47,450 nt of DNA from Actinomycetota bacterium (GTDB lineage Bacteria; Actinomycetota; Actinomycetes; JAKEEW01), in contig JBKOZJ010000128.1 of NCBI GenBank assembly GCA_046725875.1, positions 1 to 47,450 on the forward strand, in the 5' to 3' direction. The stretch's first letter is position 1. Each line of letters begins with the position of its first letter. Below the pieces are notes generated by a model. The model ran no database searches, had not been told where the DNA came from, and saw only the letters and a list, made by a program, of their open reading frames with translations. Shown here in pieces: positions 1-9,139 of this stretch. Position numbers and translations under genes: made by a program.

Positions 1-2
1 GG

Positions 3-389
3 ACCACCGGGCGGAAGACCGCATCCGCGCGGACGGCCGCCCGGAAGACGACCGCGAAGCGGTCACCGGCGAAGCGGACCACTTCCGCCCGCAAGTCAAC
101 GGCGCGGAAGACCACCTCGCGGGGCGCAGCGGCCAGGGCAACGACGGCGAGGAAGGCCACGGCGAAGCGGACGAGCACCGGCCGCCAGACCGCCGCCCGC
201 AAGACGACCGCTAAGAAGACAGCCGGGCGGAAGACGACGGTCCGAAAGTCGACGGCCCGAAAGTCGACGGCAAAGCGGACGACGGCCGGCAAGACCGCTG
301 CCCGCCGTCCCGCGGCGAAGCGGGCCAGCGCCGCCCGGCCCGCCGCTAAGCGGACTGCCGTACGGCGTCCCCGCCGGCCGGCCGCCTGA
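3..389 (+). CDS. C-terminal part of a histone-H1-like K/R/A/T-rich DNA-binding protein (start lies outside the window)
   Basis: Frame 3 is open from the window edge to TGA at 387-389 and reads TTGRKTASARTAARKTTAKRSPAKRTTSARKSTARK...RRPAA*. Not in the ORF track because it has no start in the window. Confidence 0.75.
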   Translation, partial: TTGRKTASARTAARKTTAKRSPAKRTTSARKSTARKTTSRGAAARATTARKATAKRTSTGRQTAARKTTAKKTAGRKTTVRKSTARKSTAKRTTAGKTAARRPAAKRASAARPAAKRTAVRRPRRPAA

Positions 390-449
390 CCCTCCAGACA
401 TCGACGAAACGCGGCCGCTCAAGCGTCGAGCTTCGGCTGTCGGCACACC

Positions 450-500
450 GGTAGAAGGCGCCCCTGCTCCAAGGGTTTCGGCGTAAGGGCCCCTTCTACC
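450..500. terminator. Inverted repeat between convergent genes (terminator or REP-like)
   Basis: ggtagaaggcgccc (450-463) pairs with gggccccttctacc (487-500), one mismatch. Confidence 0.55.
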
Positions 501-536
501 TCAAGTCCACTGGGCAGCGTCGCCGGAGCGGCCGAC

Positions 537-725
537 CTACTGGTCGTCGTCGTCACGCCAGCGCGGGTCGCTCTCCCACGCCTCGTTACGCTCCTGCGCG
601 GTCTGCAGTGCCCGCGCCGCCTCCTCGTAGGTGTCGTAAGGACCCAGCGCCTCGGCGGGCGGGCAGGCTGCCTCCTCCGCCTCCACCCGCATGTGCCTGA
701 GGCAGTAGTACCACCGCTCGGCCAT
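537..725 (-). CDS. Small actinobacterial hypothetical protein (62 aa), divergent from map
   Basis: [11 protein letters not shown]...CP...[14 protein letters not shown]...RNEAWE; ggagg-type RBS before ATG at 725. Confidence 0.75.
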   Translation of the reverse strand: MAERWYYCLRHMRVEAEEAACPPAEALGPYDTYEEAARALQTAQERNEAWESDPRWRDDDDQ

Positions 726-774
726 GTCCGGCTCCTCCCGGTTGTGCACCCCTCCCAACGTATGCTTCATGACC

Positions 775-1662
775 ATGAAGGCCAGCGGTCGGGGTAGTAC
801 TGTCCGACTCGGGGTGGTCTCCCCGATCCGTGGCGTGCCGCCGCACATCAGCCGGCCTGAGTATGTAGGACGCAGGAAGGCGGCCCGCTTCAACGGCTCC
901 GAGGTCAAGGACGCGGAGACCATCGACCGGATGCGGCACGCCGGCAAGATCGCAGCACAGGCACTCGTCGAGGTCGGGCAGGCAGTCCAGCCGGGCGTGA
1001 CGACCGACGAGCTGGACCGGATCGGTCACGAGTTCCTGCTGGATCACGGAGCCTACCCGTCCACGTTGGCCTACCCCGGTTCCTCCGGGAAGGCACCGCC
1101 GTATCCGAAGTCCCTCTGCACCTCGGTCAACGAGGTGATCTGCCACGGGATCCCGGACTCGACGGTGCTGCGGGATGGCGACATCGTCAACGTCGACATC
1201 ACCGCGTTCATCGACGGTGTGCACGGCGACACGGATGCGACGTTTCTCGTCGGCGACGTCGACGAGGAGTCCCGGTTGCTAGTCGAACGTACGCGTGAAG
1301 CTATGTTGCGCGGAGTGCGTGCGGTGGCCCCAGGGCGGCGCATGAACATCATCGGGAGAGTTATCGAATCGTACGCGAAGCGCTTCGGATATGGCGTCGT
1401 GCGCGACTTCACCGGCCACGGCATCGGCACGGCCTTCCACTCCGGGCTGGTCGTTCCGCATTACGACGATCCAAGCGCAGTCACGGTAATAGAACCCGGC
1501 ATGACGTTCACCATCGAGCCGATGCTCACCCTCGGAACCATCGAGTACGAAGTATGGCCGGACGGCTGGACTGTCGTTACGAAGGACCGGGGGCGCACGG
1601 CCCAGTTCGAGCACACCGTCCTCGTGACCGAAGCGGGCCACGAGATCCTCACCCTCCCGTAG
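775..1662 (+). CDS. map: Type I methionine aminopeptidase
   Basis: Motifs [41 protein letters not shown]. Start at 769 or 775; TATGCT at 761-766 suggests a leaderless start. Confidence 0.95.
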   Translation: MKASGRGSTVRLGVVSPIRGVPPHISRPEYVGRRKAARFNGSEVKDAETIDRMRHAGKIAAQALVEVGQAVQPGVTTDELDRIGHEFLLDHGAYPSTLAYPGSSGKAPPYPKSLCTSVNEVICHGIPDSTVLRDGDIVNVDITAFIDGVHGDTDATFLVGDVDEESRLLVERTREAMLRGVRAVAPGRRMNIIGRVIESYAKRFGYGVVRDFTGHGIGTAFHSGLVVPHYDDPSAVTVIEPGMTFTIEPMLTLGTIEYEVWPDGWTVVTKDRGRTAQFEHTVLVTEAGHEILTLP

Positions 1663-1730
1663 CTTCATTTAGGAGCCAGGTTCAGCCCGAGCCCGGTCGA
1701 GTGAACGTGCCGTTGTTGCGAACCGCCGCA

Positions 1731-1781
1731 GGATGAATGTGCCGTTGGCTCCAACCTATCGAGCCGACGGCACATTCATCC
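1731..1781. terminator. 21-bp-stem palindrome between convergent map and kdpE
   Basis: ggatgaatgtgccgttggctc / gagccgacggcacattcatcc with one G-U pair; a partial arm copy lies at 1701-1716. Confidence 0.65.
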
Positions 1782-1804
1782 CAAGGTGGCGGGAGGGAAT
1801 GGGG

Positions 1805-2500
1805 TCATGGGCTGGAGTCCGGGCGGAAGCGGTAGCCCATGCCGGGTTCGGTAAGCAGATGACGCGGATGGGACGGGTCGGCCTCGAGCTTTCGCCGAAC
1901 TTGGGCCATGTACTGCCTGAGGTAGTTCGTCTCGGATTGGTACTGCGGTCCCCACACGTCCTGCAGCAGCTGCCGCTGGCTGACGAGCTTCCCCGGGTTG
2001 CGGACCAGGATTTCGAGCAGTGCCCACTCGGTAGGCGTCAGCCGTACCTCCTCGCCAGTGTCGGTCACCTTCACGATGTGGTTGGCCACGTCGACTGTGT
2101 GCCGGCCGATCTCCACGGCAGGCATGCTCTCGCCGGCCGACGCTGCCCGCCGGGTCACCGCCCGGATGCGCGCAAGCAACTCATCGACACCGAACGGCTT
2201 CGTAACGTAGTCGTCGGCGCCGGCGTCGAGCGCCGCGACCTTGTCATGGCTGCCGGCCCGCCCCGAAAGAACGACGATCGGGACGCTGGTCCAGCCCCGC
2301 AGCCCCCGGATCACCTCGACGCCGTCCAGGTCGGGCAGTCCGAGATCCAGCACGACGAGGTCGGGCTGGTGATGTGCCGCCGTCCGTAGCGCGCTGGCAC
2401 CATCCGCAGCGACATCAACGTCGTAATCGCGCGCTCTGAGGTTGATGCGCAGCGCTCGCAGGATTTGCGGCTCGTCATCCACGACCAAAATGCGGGTCAC
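1805..2500 (-). CDS. kdpE: OmpR-family response regulator KdpE
   Basis: Receiver domain (VVDDEPQI, LDLGLPD, GADDYVTKPF) and winged helix ending TEPGMGYRF; overlaps the kdpD stop. Confidence 0.93.
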   Translation of the reverse strand: MTRILVVDDEPQILRALRINLRARDYDVDVAADGASALRTAAHHQPDLVVLDLGLPDLDGVEVIRGLRGWTSVPIVVLSGRAGSHDKVAALDAGADDYVTKPFGVDELLARIRAVTRRAASAGESMPAVEIGRHTVDVANHIVKVTDTGEEVRLTPTEWALLEILVRNPGKLVSQRQLLQDVWGPQYQSETNYLRQYMAQVRRKLEADPSHPRHLLTEPGMGYRFRPDSSP

Positions 2501-5298
2501 CGAGCACCCCCCTTGTCATCCGCGCGGGCGTCGTCGGCACGGGCCCATGGAGAAGATCTCCGGCCGCCCTTGGCATCGAGCACCCCGCGAGACGGACCCT
2601 GAGGGCTCCCGGCGTCTCCAACTCGGTCGTCCCGTTCCCGAGGCAACGCCGTTCGGGAGCCGTTGAGTCGCTCATGGATCGCCCGGTCGGCGATCTCCAC
2701 CGCCTCCGCCTCGCTCGCGAAAACCCCGCTCTCGGCGATGGGCAGTGAAAGCACCATGGTCAGGCCGCCCCGGGGAGTCGTCTCCGGCGTGAGCGTGCCT
2801 CCCATCGCTTCGGCGAGTCCTCGAGACAGCGCCAGGCCGAGCCCGACGCCACTGTCGTTGTCCCGGTCGCCGAGCCGCTGGAACGGGAGGAAGATCTTGT
2901 CGCGCTCGTCCTCCGGAATGCCGGGTCCGTGGTCGATGATCCGTAGCTCGACCTGGCCGCCAAGCTCGCTCGCGGTGACCAGGGGCGGCCGGTCGGGCGG
3001 ACTGAACCGCACCGCGTTCCCGATGACATTCACGAGCACGCGCTCCAGCAGGCCCGGGTCGGCTCGCACCGCAGGCAGATCGTCCGGGATCTGAACCTGG
3101 ACGGCGCCGGCCGTCGCGCCTAGCTCGTCGAGCGCCCTTGGTACGGTCTCCTCGAGGCCGATCGCGGCGGGAGCTACGCCGAGGGCGCCCGCCTGAAGGC
3201 GGCTCATATCGAGCAGATTCGAAACGAGCCGGTCCAGGCGGTCAAGTGACTCGTCGGCGGTCGCCAGAAGCTCAGCTCGATCCTCGGGGGTGAACGATAC
3301 TTCCGAGCTGCGGAGGCTGGTCACCGCGGCCTTTGCCGATGCGAGTGGCGTCCGAAGGTCGTGGCTCACCGCGGCCAGCAATGCCGTACGCATCTTGTCT
3401 GCCTCGGCCAGTCCTCCCGCGGCATCGGCGGCCTCGGCCAGCCTTTCCTGCCGAAGAGCAAGCGCCGCCTGCGCGGCGAAGGCCTCGACGATGCGCTGGT
3501 CTTCGGCGCCAACCGAGCGGCCGCGCAGCGCCAAGGTCAGGTCATCGTCCACACGAACCGTGGTGTCGCCTTCACCTGGGGCGAGGCACGGCCGGGCGCC
3601 GACGCACGCGACGATCCGCCACGCCGCCGTGTCCCGCTGGACGTGGGGCCCGGGAGCTACGCCGGCAGACCGCTCGAGCAGCGTGACCGACTCGAGCCCG
3701 AAGGTCTCTCGCAACCGCTCGAGCAGCGCGGTCAACGGCCGCTCGCCACGCACGACGCTGCCCGCCACCGCAGCAAGCGTCTGCGCTTCTGTGCTCGCTT
3801 GGGCAGCCTCCCGGGTCCGTCGGGCGGCAAGGTCCACGACCCCGCTGACCGCCATCGCAACGAGAACGAACACCGCGAGCGCAAGGATGTTCTCCCGCTC
3901 CGCGATGGTGAAGGTGTGCACCGGTGGGGTGAAGAAGAAGTTGAGGAGCAGGAAGCCCCCGATTCCGGCGACCAGTGCGGGCCACAGGCCTCCAACCAGG
4001 GCGACTCCGACGACCGCCGCCAAGAAGAGCAGGATGTCACTCGCCAGAGAAAGCTGGTCTCGCAGCGGGCGCAGCACGGCCGCCAGGAGCAGCGGAACGA
4101 CCACGGCAGCGATGAAGCCCGTCAGCAAGCGCCGCCGGGACAGCGCGCTGCTCTCCGAGAGCGGCGGCCGGCGGCGGCCGCGGCCCACCTCCTCATGGGT
4201 GACGAGGTGCACGTCGATCGACCCAGACATCTTCGTGGTCGTCACTCCGACGCCGGGCGAGAAGATCTGAGCGAACCGCCCGCGCCGGCTGGCGCCCAGC
4301 ACCAACTGTGTTGCGTTGACCCCATTGGCGAAATCGATCAGGGCTTTCGGGACGTCGTCGCCGACCACCTGGTGGTACGTGCCACCGAGACTCTCGACCA
4401 GGGTCCGCTGCTTCTCCAGGAGCGCGGGGTCGGCGCCGGCGAGGCCGTCACTGCGGGCGACATGCACCGTGAGCAGGTCCGCACCCCTGGCCCGGTCGGC
4501 GATCCGAGCCGCCCGCCGGATGAGCGTCTCCCCTTCCGGACCACCAGTGAGCGCGACAACGACCCGTTCCCTGGTCTCCCAGGTCTTCTCGATTCCGTGG
4601 CTCTCGCGGTAGCGGTCGAGCTGCTCGTCGACCTTGTCCGCCAACCAGAGCAGGGCTAGCTCGCGCAGCGCGGTGAGGTTGCCGATCCGGAAGTAGTTTC
4701 CGAGGGCCGCGTCGATCTTTTCGGGCGCATACACGTTGCCGTGCACCATGCGGCGCCGCAGCGCCTCCGGCGTCATGTCCACGAGCTCGACCTGGTCGGC
4801 CCGCCGGACCACCTCGTCGGGCACGGTCTCCCGCTGGACCACGCCGGTGATCTGCTCGACGACGTCGTTGAGCGACTCGAGATGCTGGATGTTGACCGTG
4901 GAGAGCACCGTGATCCCGGCCTCGAGCAGCTCGTGGATGTCCTGCCAGCGCTTCTCGTTCCGGGACCCGGGCACGTTCGTGTGGGCGAGCTCGTCCACCA
5001 CCGTGACGGTCGGACGCCGCGTCAGCACCGCATCGACGTCCATCTCGGTGAACGTCGCGCCGCAGTAGGTCAGCGTCTTCCGGGAAACGATCTCGAGCCC
5101 CTCGAGGAGATCCTCGGTCTTCTTCCGGCCGCTCTCGACGAAGCCGACGACGATGTCGGTGCCCCGCTGCTTGCGACGATGCGCCTCCTCGAGCATGGCG
5201 TACGTCTTGCCCACCCCGGGAGCGGCCCCGAGGTAAATGCGCAGCTGGCCACGGGTCACCACCAAATCCTCTCTCGCATCACCCAAACGACCAGCCAT
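2497..5298 (-). CDS. kdpD: Potassium-sensing histidine kinase KdpD
   Basis: GAAPGVGKTYAML Walker A, VDELAHTN, Usp-like region, 4-TM segment, H-box SHDLRTPL, HATPase GLGL; RBS gaggagag. Confidence 0.95.
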   Translation of the reverse strand: MAGRLGDAREDLVVTRGQLRIYLGAAPGVGKTYAMLEEAHRRKQRGTDIVVGFVESGRKKTEDLLEGLEIVSRKTLTYCGATFTEMDVDAVLTRRPTVTVVDELAHTNVPGSRNEKRWQDIHELLEAGITVLSTVNIQHLESLNDVVEQITGVVQRETVPDEVVRRADQVELVDMTPEALRRRMVHGNVYAPEKIDAALGNYFRIGNLTALRELALLWLADKVDEQLDRYRESHGIEKTWETRERVVVALTGGPEGETLIRRAARIADRARGADLLTVHVARSDGLAGADPALLEKQRTLVESLGGTYHQVVGDDVPKALIDFANGVNATQLVLGASRRGRFAQIFSPGVGVTTTKMSGSIDVHLVTHEEVGRGRRRPPLSESSALSRRRLLTGFIAAVVVPLLLAAVLRPLRDQLSLASDILLFLAAVVGVALVGGLWPALVAGIGGFLLLNFFFTPPVHTFTIAERENILALAVFVLVAMAVSGVVDLAARRTREAAQASTEAQTLAAVAGSVVRGERPLTALLERLRETFGLESVTLLERSAGVAPGPHVQRDTAAWRIVACVGARPCLAPGEGDTTVRVDDDLTLALRGRSVGAEDQRIVEAFAAQAALALRQERLAEAADAAGGLAEADKMRTALLAAVSHDLRTPLASAKAAVTSLRSSEVSFTPEDRAELLATADESLDRLDRLVSNLLDMSRLQAGALGVAPAAIGLEETVPRALDELGATAGAVQVQIPDDLPAVRADPGLLERVLVNVIGNAVRFSPPDRPPLVTASELGGQVELRIIDHGPGIPEDERDKIFLPFQRLGDRDNDSGVGLGLALSRGLAEAMGGTLTPETTPRGGLTMVLSLPIAESGVFASEAEAVEIADRAIHERLNGSRTALPRERDDRVGDAGSPQGPSRGVLDAKGGRRSSPWARADDARADDKGGAR

Positions 5299-5324
5299 GA
5301 GTCCCTCTCCTCGGATGGCAAGCT

Positions 5325-5756
5325 CTAGCCGGACGTCTTATCGAGGGCGAGGTTGAGCTCGAGGACGTTAACCGCGGGCTCCCCCATGAATCCCAGAGCG
5401 CGATTCGTTGTGTGCTCGTCGATCAGCTTCCGAACCTCACCGACATCCAGTCCGCGCTCCCGGCCCATCACCGCCGGGAAACCGAGCGACAGCCAGAGGT
5501 GGTTCTGCAGCCGCATAAAGGCGTACAGGAACAGGATGGAAACCGCGGAGAAGGCCAGCAGGCTGCGGGCGTAGATCCCCCACGACTGCTCGGCCTCCGC
5601 GTTGACACCGACGACGCGATAGATCGCGCGCTCCACCTGCGAGTGCGTCCGCCCGGTGACGACCCGGTAGATGTAGTCCCCGAGGAACCGGTACGAGACT
5701 GCGAGTGCGGCGAGGAGCGAGACGATGAACAGCACGCCTGCGCTGGTCGTACTCAT
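5325..5756 (-). pseudogene. kdpA: In-frame KdpA(N-terminus)/KdpC(C-terminus) fusion; most of kdpA and kdpC and all of kdpB deleted
   Basis: Residues 1-96 resemble the KdpA N-terminus ([26 protein letters not shown]). The last 47 aa resemble the KdpC C-terminus ([31 protein letters not shown]). Confidence 0.85.
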
Positions 5757-5846
5757 CTAGAAGCGCTCCGGGAACAGCAGGGCGACAACGAGGTAGATCG
5801 CCAGGACAACAGAGATGATCAGGCCGGCTAGACGGGCCGCGCTCAC
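5757..5846 (-). CDS. kdpF: K+-transporting ATPase subunit F (29 aa)
   Basis: GTG-start MSAARLAGLIISVVLAIYLVVALLFPERF*, with the KdpF signature YL..ALL.PERF directly upstream of kdpA. Confidence 0.88.
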   Translation of the reverse strand: MSAARLAGLIISVVLAIYLVVALLFPERF

Positions 5847-5926
5847 AGCCGCTCCATCGCCTTCAGGACCAGGGCGATCAGCGCGAAAAGACCGAGGGTC
5901 AGGAGTACGAGGACCAATTCAGCCAT
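5843..5926 (-). CDS. Small single-TM peptide upstream of kdpF (27 aa)
   Basis: MAELVLVLLTLGLFALIALVLKAMERL*; its TGA overlaps the kdpF GTG (GTGA). Confidence 0.7.
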   Translation of the reverse strand: MAELVLVLLTLGLFALIALVLKAMERL

Positions 5927-6380
5927 GGTTCGATTCCGTTTCGGTGTCCGTACGGGTCCTCACCGGGTGCCGGTCCGGGTTTTGAGTCGATCGCTGTATC
6001 ACTGGGGAGCGGCTTAGGCGCCGCCGAAACAACCAACCAGTGAGCAGGCCGGCAGCGCCCGCAGATGCAACCGCGGTGACAGCCTGGAGGCCGGTCGTGT
6101 GATCCCAGGTCAACTCGCCGTGGCGGTTGAGAAGAAAGCCGTCGAGGAGTAGGTAGCCGACGAGCGCCGTGGCAAGGCCGGACCGCCACTCACCTACGAC
6201 GGCGCAGAAGATCGCGACGGCCGCCGCCATGACCGCGATCCGCGCGCCCCTGTGAGGAGGGGCTACGACACCAGAGTCAAAGAGTGCTGCGATGATCACG
6301 GTCAAGGCCCCGGCCGGGATGGCGAACTCGAACGGTACGCGGCGACGGTCAAAACGAATTCGCGCCGCGTCACCCCGCAT
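5919..6380 (-). CDS. Membrane protein of the kdp locus (resembles the KdpD 4-TM/DUF4118-like module)
   Basis: Four hydrophobic segments, DGFLLNRHGELTW motif, RBS ggaggt before ATG 6380. Confidence 0.7.
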   Translation of the reverse strand: MRGDAARIRFDRRRVPFEFAIPAGALTVIIAALFDSGVVAPPHRGARIAVMAAAVAIFCAVVGEWRSGLATALVGYLLLDGFLLNRHGELTWDHTTGLQAVTAVASAGAAGLLTGWLFRRRLSRSPVIQRSTQNPDRHPVRTRTDTETESNHG

Positions 6381-6464
6381 CTCGCCACCTCCCGTAGGCC
6401 CTGACGGCGCGCCGGTCGGTCCCGCCTGGGCAATGCAACTCCAGTTCACGGCCCCGTCAAAGGG

Positions 6465-6515
6465 CCCTGACGGCTTCCATACGGACGGCGGGGCGGTCTT
6501 GACGAATCCCTGACT
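6465..6515 (-). promoter_or_regulatory. Candidate KdpE binding sites (11-bp-phased direct repeats)
   Basis: ccctgacg-N3-tccatacg (6465-6483) and tcttgacg-N3-ccctgact (6497-6515) upstream of the kdp unit. Confidence 0.45.
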
Positions 6516-6582
6516 CCCGTTAGGCCGGCTGGGGGACCCCCGCGGTTGATGTAAACGCCTTGGCGGCGCCTTGCCTGCCTGG

Positions 6583-8505
6583 CTATTTGCCCTGGTCGAC
6601 CTCGAAATTCGCCAGATGCCGGCCGGACGAGCGCAGCTGATAGGGGACGCTCGTGACCATGACGCCCGGCTCGAAGATCAGCCGGATCTTCAGCCGGAGC
6701 GGGCTCTGGTTGTGGAGCAGCTGCTCCCACCACCTCCCGACCACATACTCGGGAATGAAGACGGTCACCACGTCCCGGGGGCTCTCCTTGCGCAGCCTGC
6801 GTATGTACTCGACCACTGGGTCGGTGACCTCGCGGTACGGGGACCGCAGGACGATGAGCGGAATGTCCAGATCGTGCTTGTCCCACTCCTCCTGCAGACG
6901 CCGGGTCTCCTCGGCGTCGACCTGCACGGTGACCGCCTCGAGGGAGGTGGGGCGAGTAGATTTCGCGTACGCCAGCGCGCGCAGCGTCGGCTGATGGATC
7001 TTGGAGACGAGGACAAGCGCCCGGTTGCGGGCTGGCATTATCAGGCCCTCGGTGGGCTCGACGCGCAGCTCGCGCGCCACGGCCCTGTAGTGGCGGCTGA
7101 TCCCCTTCATCAAGGCGAATAGACCCGCCATCGCGAGGATCGCGATCCACGCGCCGTGCCTGAACTTCGAGTAGACGACGATGACCAGCACTAGAGTCGT
7201 GGCGACCGCGCCGGTCGCGTTGATGGCCTGCTTGCGCAGTAGCCGCCTTCGGGTCCTTGGATCATCAACGTCCGCCAGCTCCCGCGACCAATGCCGCACC
7301 ATGCCCGCCTGGCTGAGCGTGAACGACGTGAACACGCCGACGATATAAAGCTGGATCAGCTTGTCGAGGTTCGCGTCGAACGCCACGATCAGCGCGATTG
7401 CCGCGGCCGACAGCAGCAGGATGCCGTTGCTGTAGACCAGCCGATCGCCGCGGTTGTGCAGCTGCCTGGGCAGGAATCCGTCCTGCGCGAGGATCGAGGC
7501 GAGCAGCGGAAAGCCGTTGTAGGCGGTGTTCGCCGCCAGGATGAGGACGGCGGCGGTCGCGGCTTGGAAGATGTAGAAGAGCGGCGAGTGGCCGCCGAAG
7601 ACCGACGCGGCGAGCTGGGAGATGACCGACGGCTCGCCGTCGGGTTGCGCGCGGGCGTTGAGATGGAGCGCCAGGAACGTGATCCCACTAAACATGCTGA
7701 TCGAGATCGCGCCCATGATGGCGAGCGTTGCCGCTGCGTTCTGGCTCTTCGGGTCTCGGAACCAGGGGACGCCGTTGCTGATCGCCTCGACACCGGTCAG
7801 CGCTGTGCAACCGGAAGCGAACGCCCGCATGACGAGCAGCAGTGTGAAGATGCCGCCCACATGCGCGGTCTGCTCGAGGTGCTGCCCGGCGGTCGACGCC
7901 TGCGGGATCCCTCCGGTGGCGGACCGCCACAAGGCCACGACGAAGAGCAAGCCGACCGAGGCGATGAAGGAGTACGTGGGGATCGCGAATGCCCGGCCGG
8001 ACTCCTTCACCCCCCGCAGGTTGGCCAGGGCCAGCAGCCCGGTCACCCCGACGGACAGCGCGACGGCGTGGTCGTGCAGACCCGGACTGGCCGAGGTGAT
8101 GGCGATGACCCCGGCGACCACAGACACGACGACGGTCATCACGTAGTCAACGAGTAGCGCACTCGCAGCGGTTAGCGCGGCCGACTCGCCCAGGTTGGCG
8201 TAGCTGACCGCGAAGGCGCCGCCGCCGTTCGGATAGGCGTAGACCGTCTGCCGGTATGACAGGACGACGATCGCGAGGAGCGCGACGACCGCCACGGCCA
8301 CCCACTTGGCGAAGACCAGGTAGGCCGCTCCCCCCGCCGCCAGGACCAACAGGATCTGCTCGGTGGCGTAGGCCACCGACGAGAGCGGGTCGCTGCAGAA
8401 GATCGGTAGGGCCATCCACTTCGGCAGCAGCTGCTCGTGCAGCTGCGTGCTCCGCAACGGGCGGCCGACCAGGAACCGCTTCGAGAGCCCCGCGAGCACC
8501 GTCAC
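6583..8505 (-). CDS. APC-family permease, KimA/YdaO-like K+/H+ importer
   Basis: SDPLSSVAYATE, AYPNGGG, ALTGVEAISNGVP, LYIVGVF and the C-terminal SPYR..WWE..LHNQ domain; RBS gaggag before GTG 8505. Confidence 0.88.
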   Translation of the reverse strand: MTVLAGLSKRFLVGRPLRSTQLHEQLLPKWMALPIFCSDPLSSVAYATEQILLVLAAGGAAYLVFAKWVAVAVVALLAIVVLSYRQTVYAYPNGGGAFAVSYANLGESAALTAASALLVDYVMTVVVSVVAGVIAITSASPGLHDHAVALSVGVTGLLALANLRGVKESGRAFAIPTYSFIASVGLLFVVALWRSATGGIPQASTAGQHLEQTAHVGGIFTLLLVMRAFASGCTALTGVEAISNGVPWFRDPKSQNAAATLAIMGAISISMFSGITFLALHLNARAQPDGEPSVISQLAASVFGGHSPLFYIFQAATAAVLILAANTAYNGFPLLASILAQDGFLPRQLHNRGDRLVYSNGILLLSAAAIALIVAFDANLDKLIQLYIVGVFTSFTLSQAGMVRHWSRELADVDDPRTRRRLLRKQAINATGAVATTLVLVIVVYSKFRHGAWIAILAMAGLFALMKGISRHYRAVARELRVEPTEGLIMPARNRALVLVSKIHQPTLRALAYAKSTRPTSLEAVTVQVDAEETRRLQEEWDKHDLDIPLIVLRSPYREVTDPVVEYIRRLRKESPRDVVTVFIPEYVVGRWWEQLLHNQSPLRLKIRLIFEPGVMVTSVPYQLRSSGRHLANFEVDQGK

Positions 8506-8637
8506 CTGGCCGGCTCCTCGGTCAGTTTCTCGCCGGCGGCGCTTGCCGACAGCGTGACCCGCCCACTTCGCGCCCTCACGTCCGAATGGTAGGGGGAATG
8601 ACCAGGCCCGGCGGAGGCCGGTGCCGGTGGCCCGCAA

Positions 8638-8656
8638 TCTTGACGCGTTCTTGACG
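8638..8656 (-). promoter_or_regulatory. Candidate KdpE/OmpR-type binding site
   Basis: Perfect direct repeat tcttgacg-cgt-tcttgacg about 130 bp upstream of the KimA-like gene. Confidence 0.5.
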
Positions 8657-8770
8657 GGCGGCCACGCACCGAGCTACTCGACGGCCCTCGCTTATGGCGG
8701 AGCGGCCCGGCTTGCGAGGCGGGCTCACCGGCTGGCGACTTGCCTGCCAGCTGGGTGCTCCACCCAACGG

Positions 8771-8968
8771 TCAGCGCGCAGAGGCACGGAGGGCGACGTC
8801 GCCGATGATCGCAGCCAGCTCTCTAGGCCGGGACCACATCCGCCAGCGGCTCGTCGGCAGATCTACGTTCGTGACGTCACGTAGCTCAGCCAGGCTGCCG
8901 ATCCATGCATACCCCTCCTTGACCGCGACCTTGATCTGGTCAGACGGGATAGATGTACAGATGACCGC
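8771..8968 (-). pseudogene. C-terminal fragment of an alpha/beta hydrolase
   Basis: VICTS...LAELRDVTNVDLPTSRWRMWSRPRELA resembles the DLPTxHWPMxSRP catalytic-His segment with His replaced by Arg; no N-terminal domain. Confidence 0.5.
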
Positions 8969-9139
8969 ACAGCGTGAGAGCCGTGACATCGTGCCCGCCC
9001 GTACGAAGGCGAGGCAGGACGTCGGCCCACGCCAAGGCTCCAATCCAGAATCCAGGAACCAGGATGATCGGTGCAGAGGTCATGCTCGGGAACCCAAAGG
9101 CTGGCACCGACAAGCGGACCTACTCGGAGGCCGCTTCTT

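Noticed and set aside
96..446. 116-aa minus-strand ORF
   Set aside because: Antisense to the histone-like coding frame and low complexity.
5110..5150. KdpD reads VESGR where homologues usually have VETHGR
   Set aside because: May be a one-codon deletion, but cannot be called inactivating without an alignment; the rest of the gene is intact.
8506..8770. c-di-AMP (ydaO) riboswitch before the KimA-like gene
   Set aside because: No recognisable ydaO consensus elements by eye; an Rfam scan is needed to exclude it fully.
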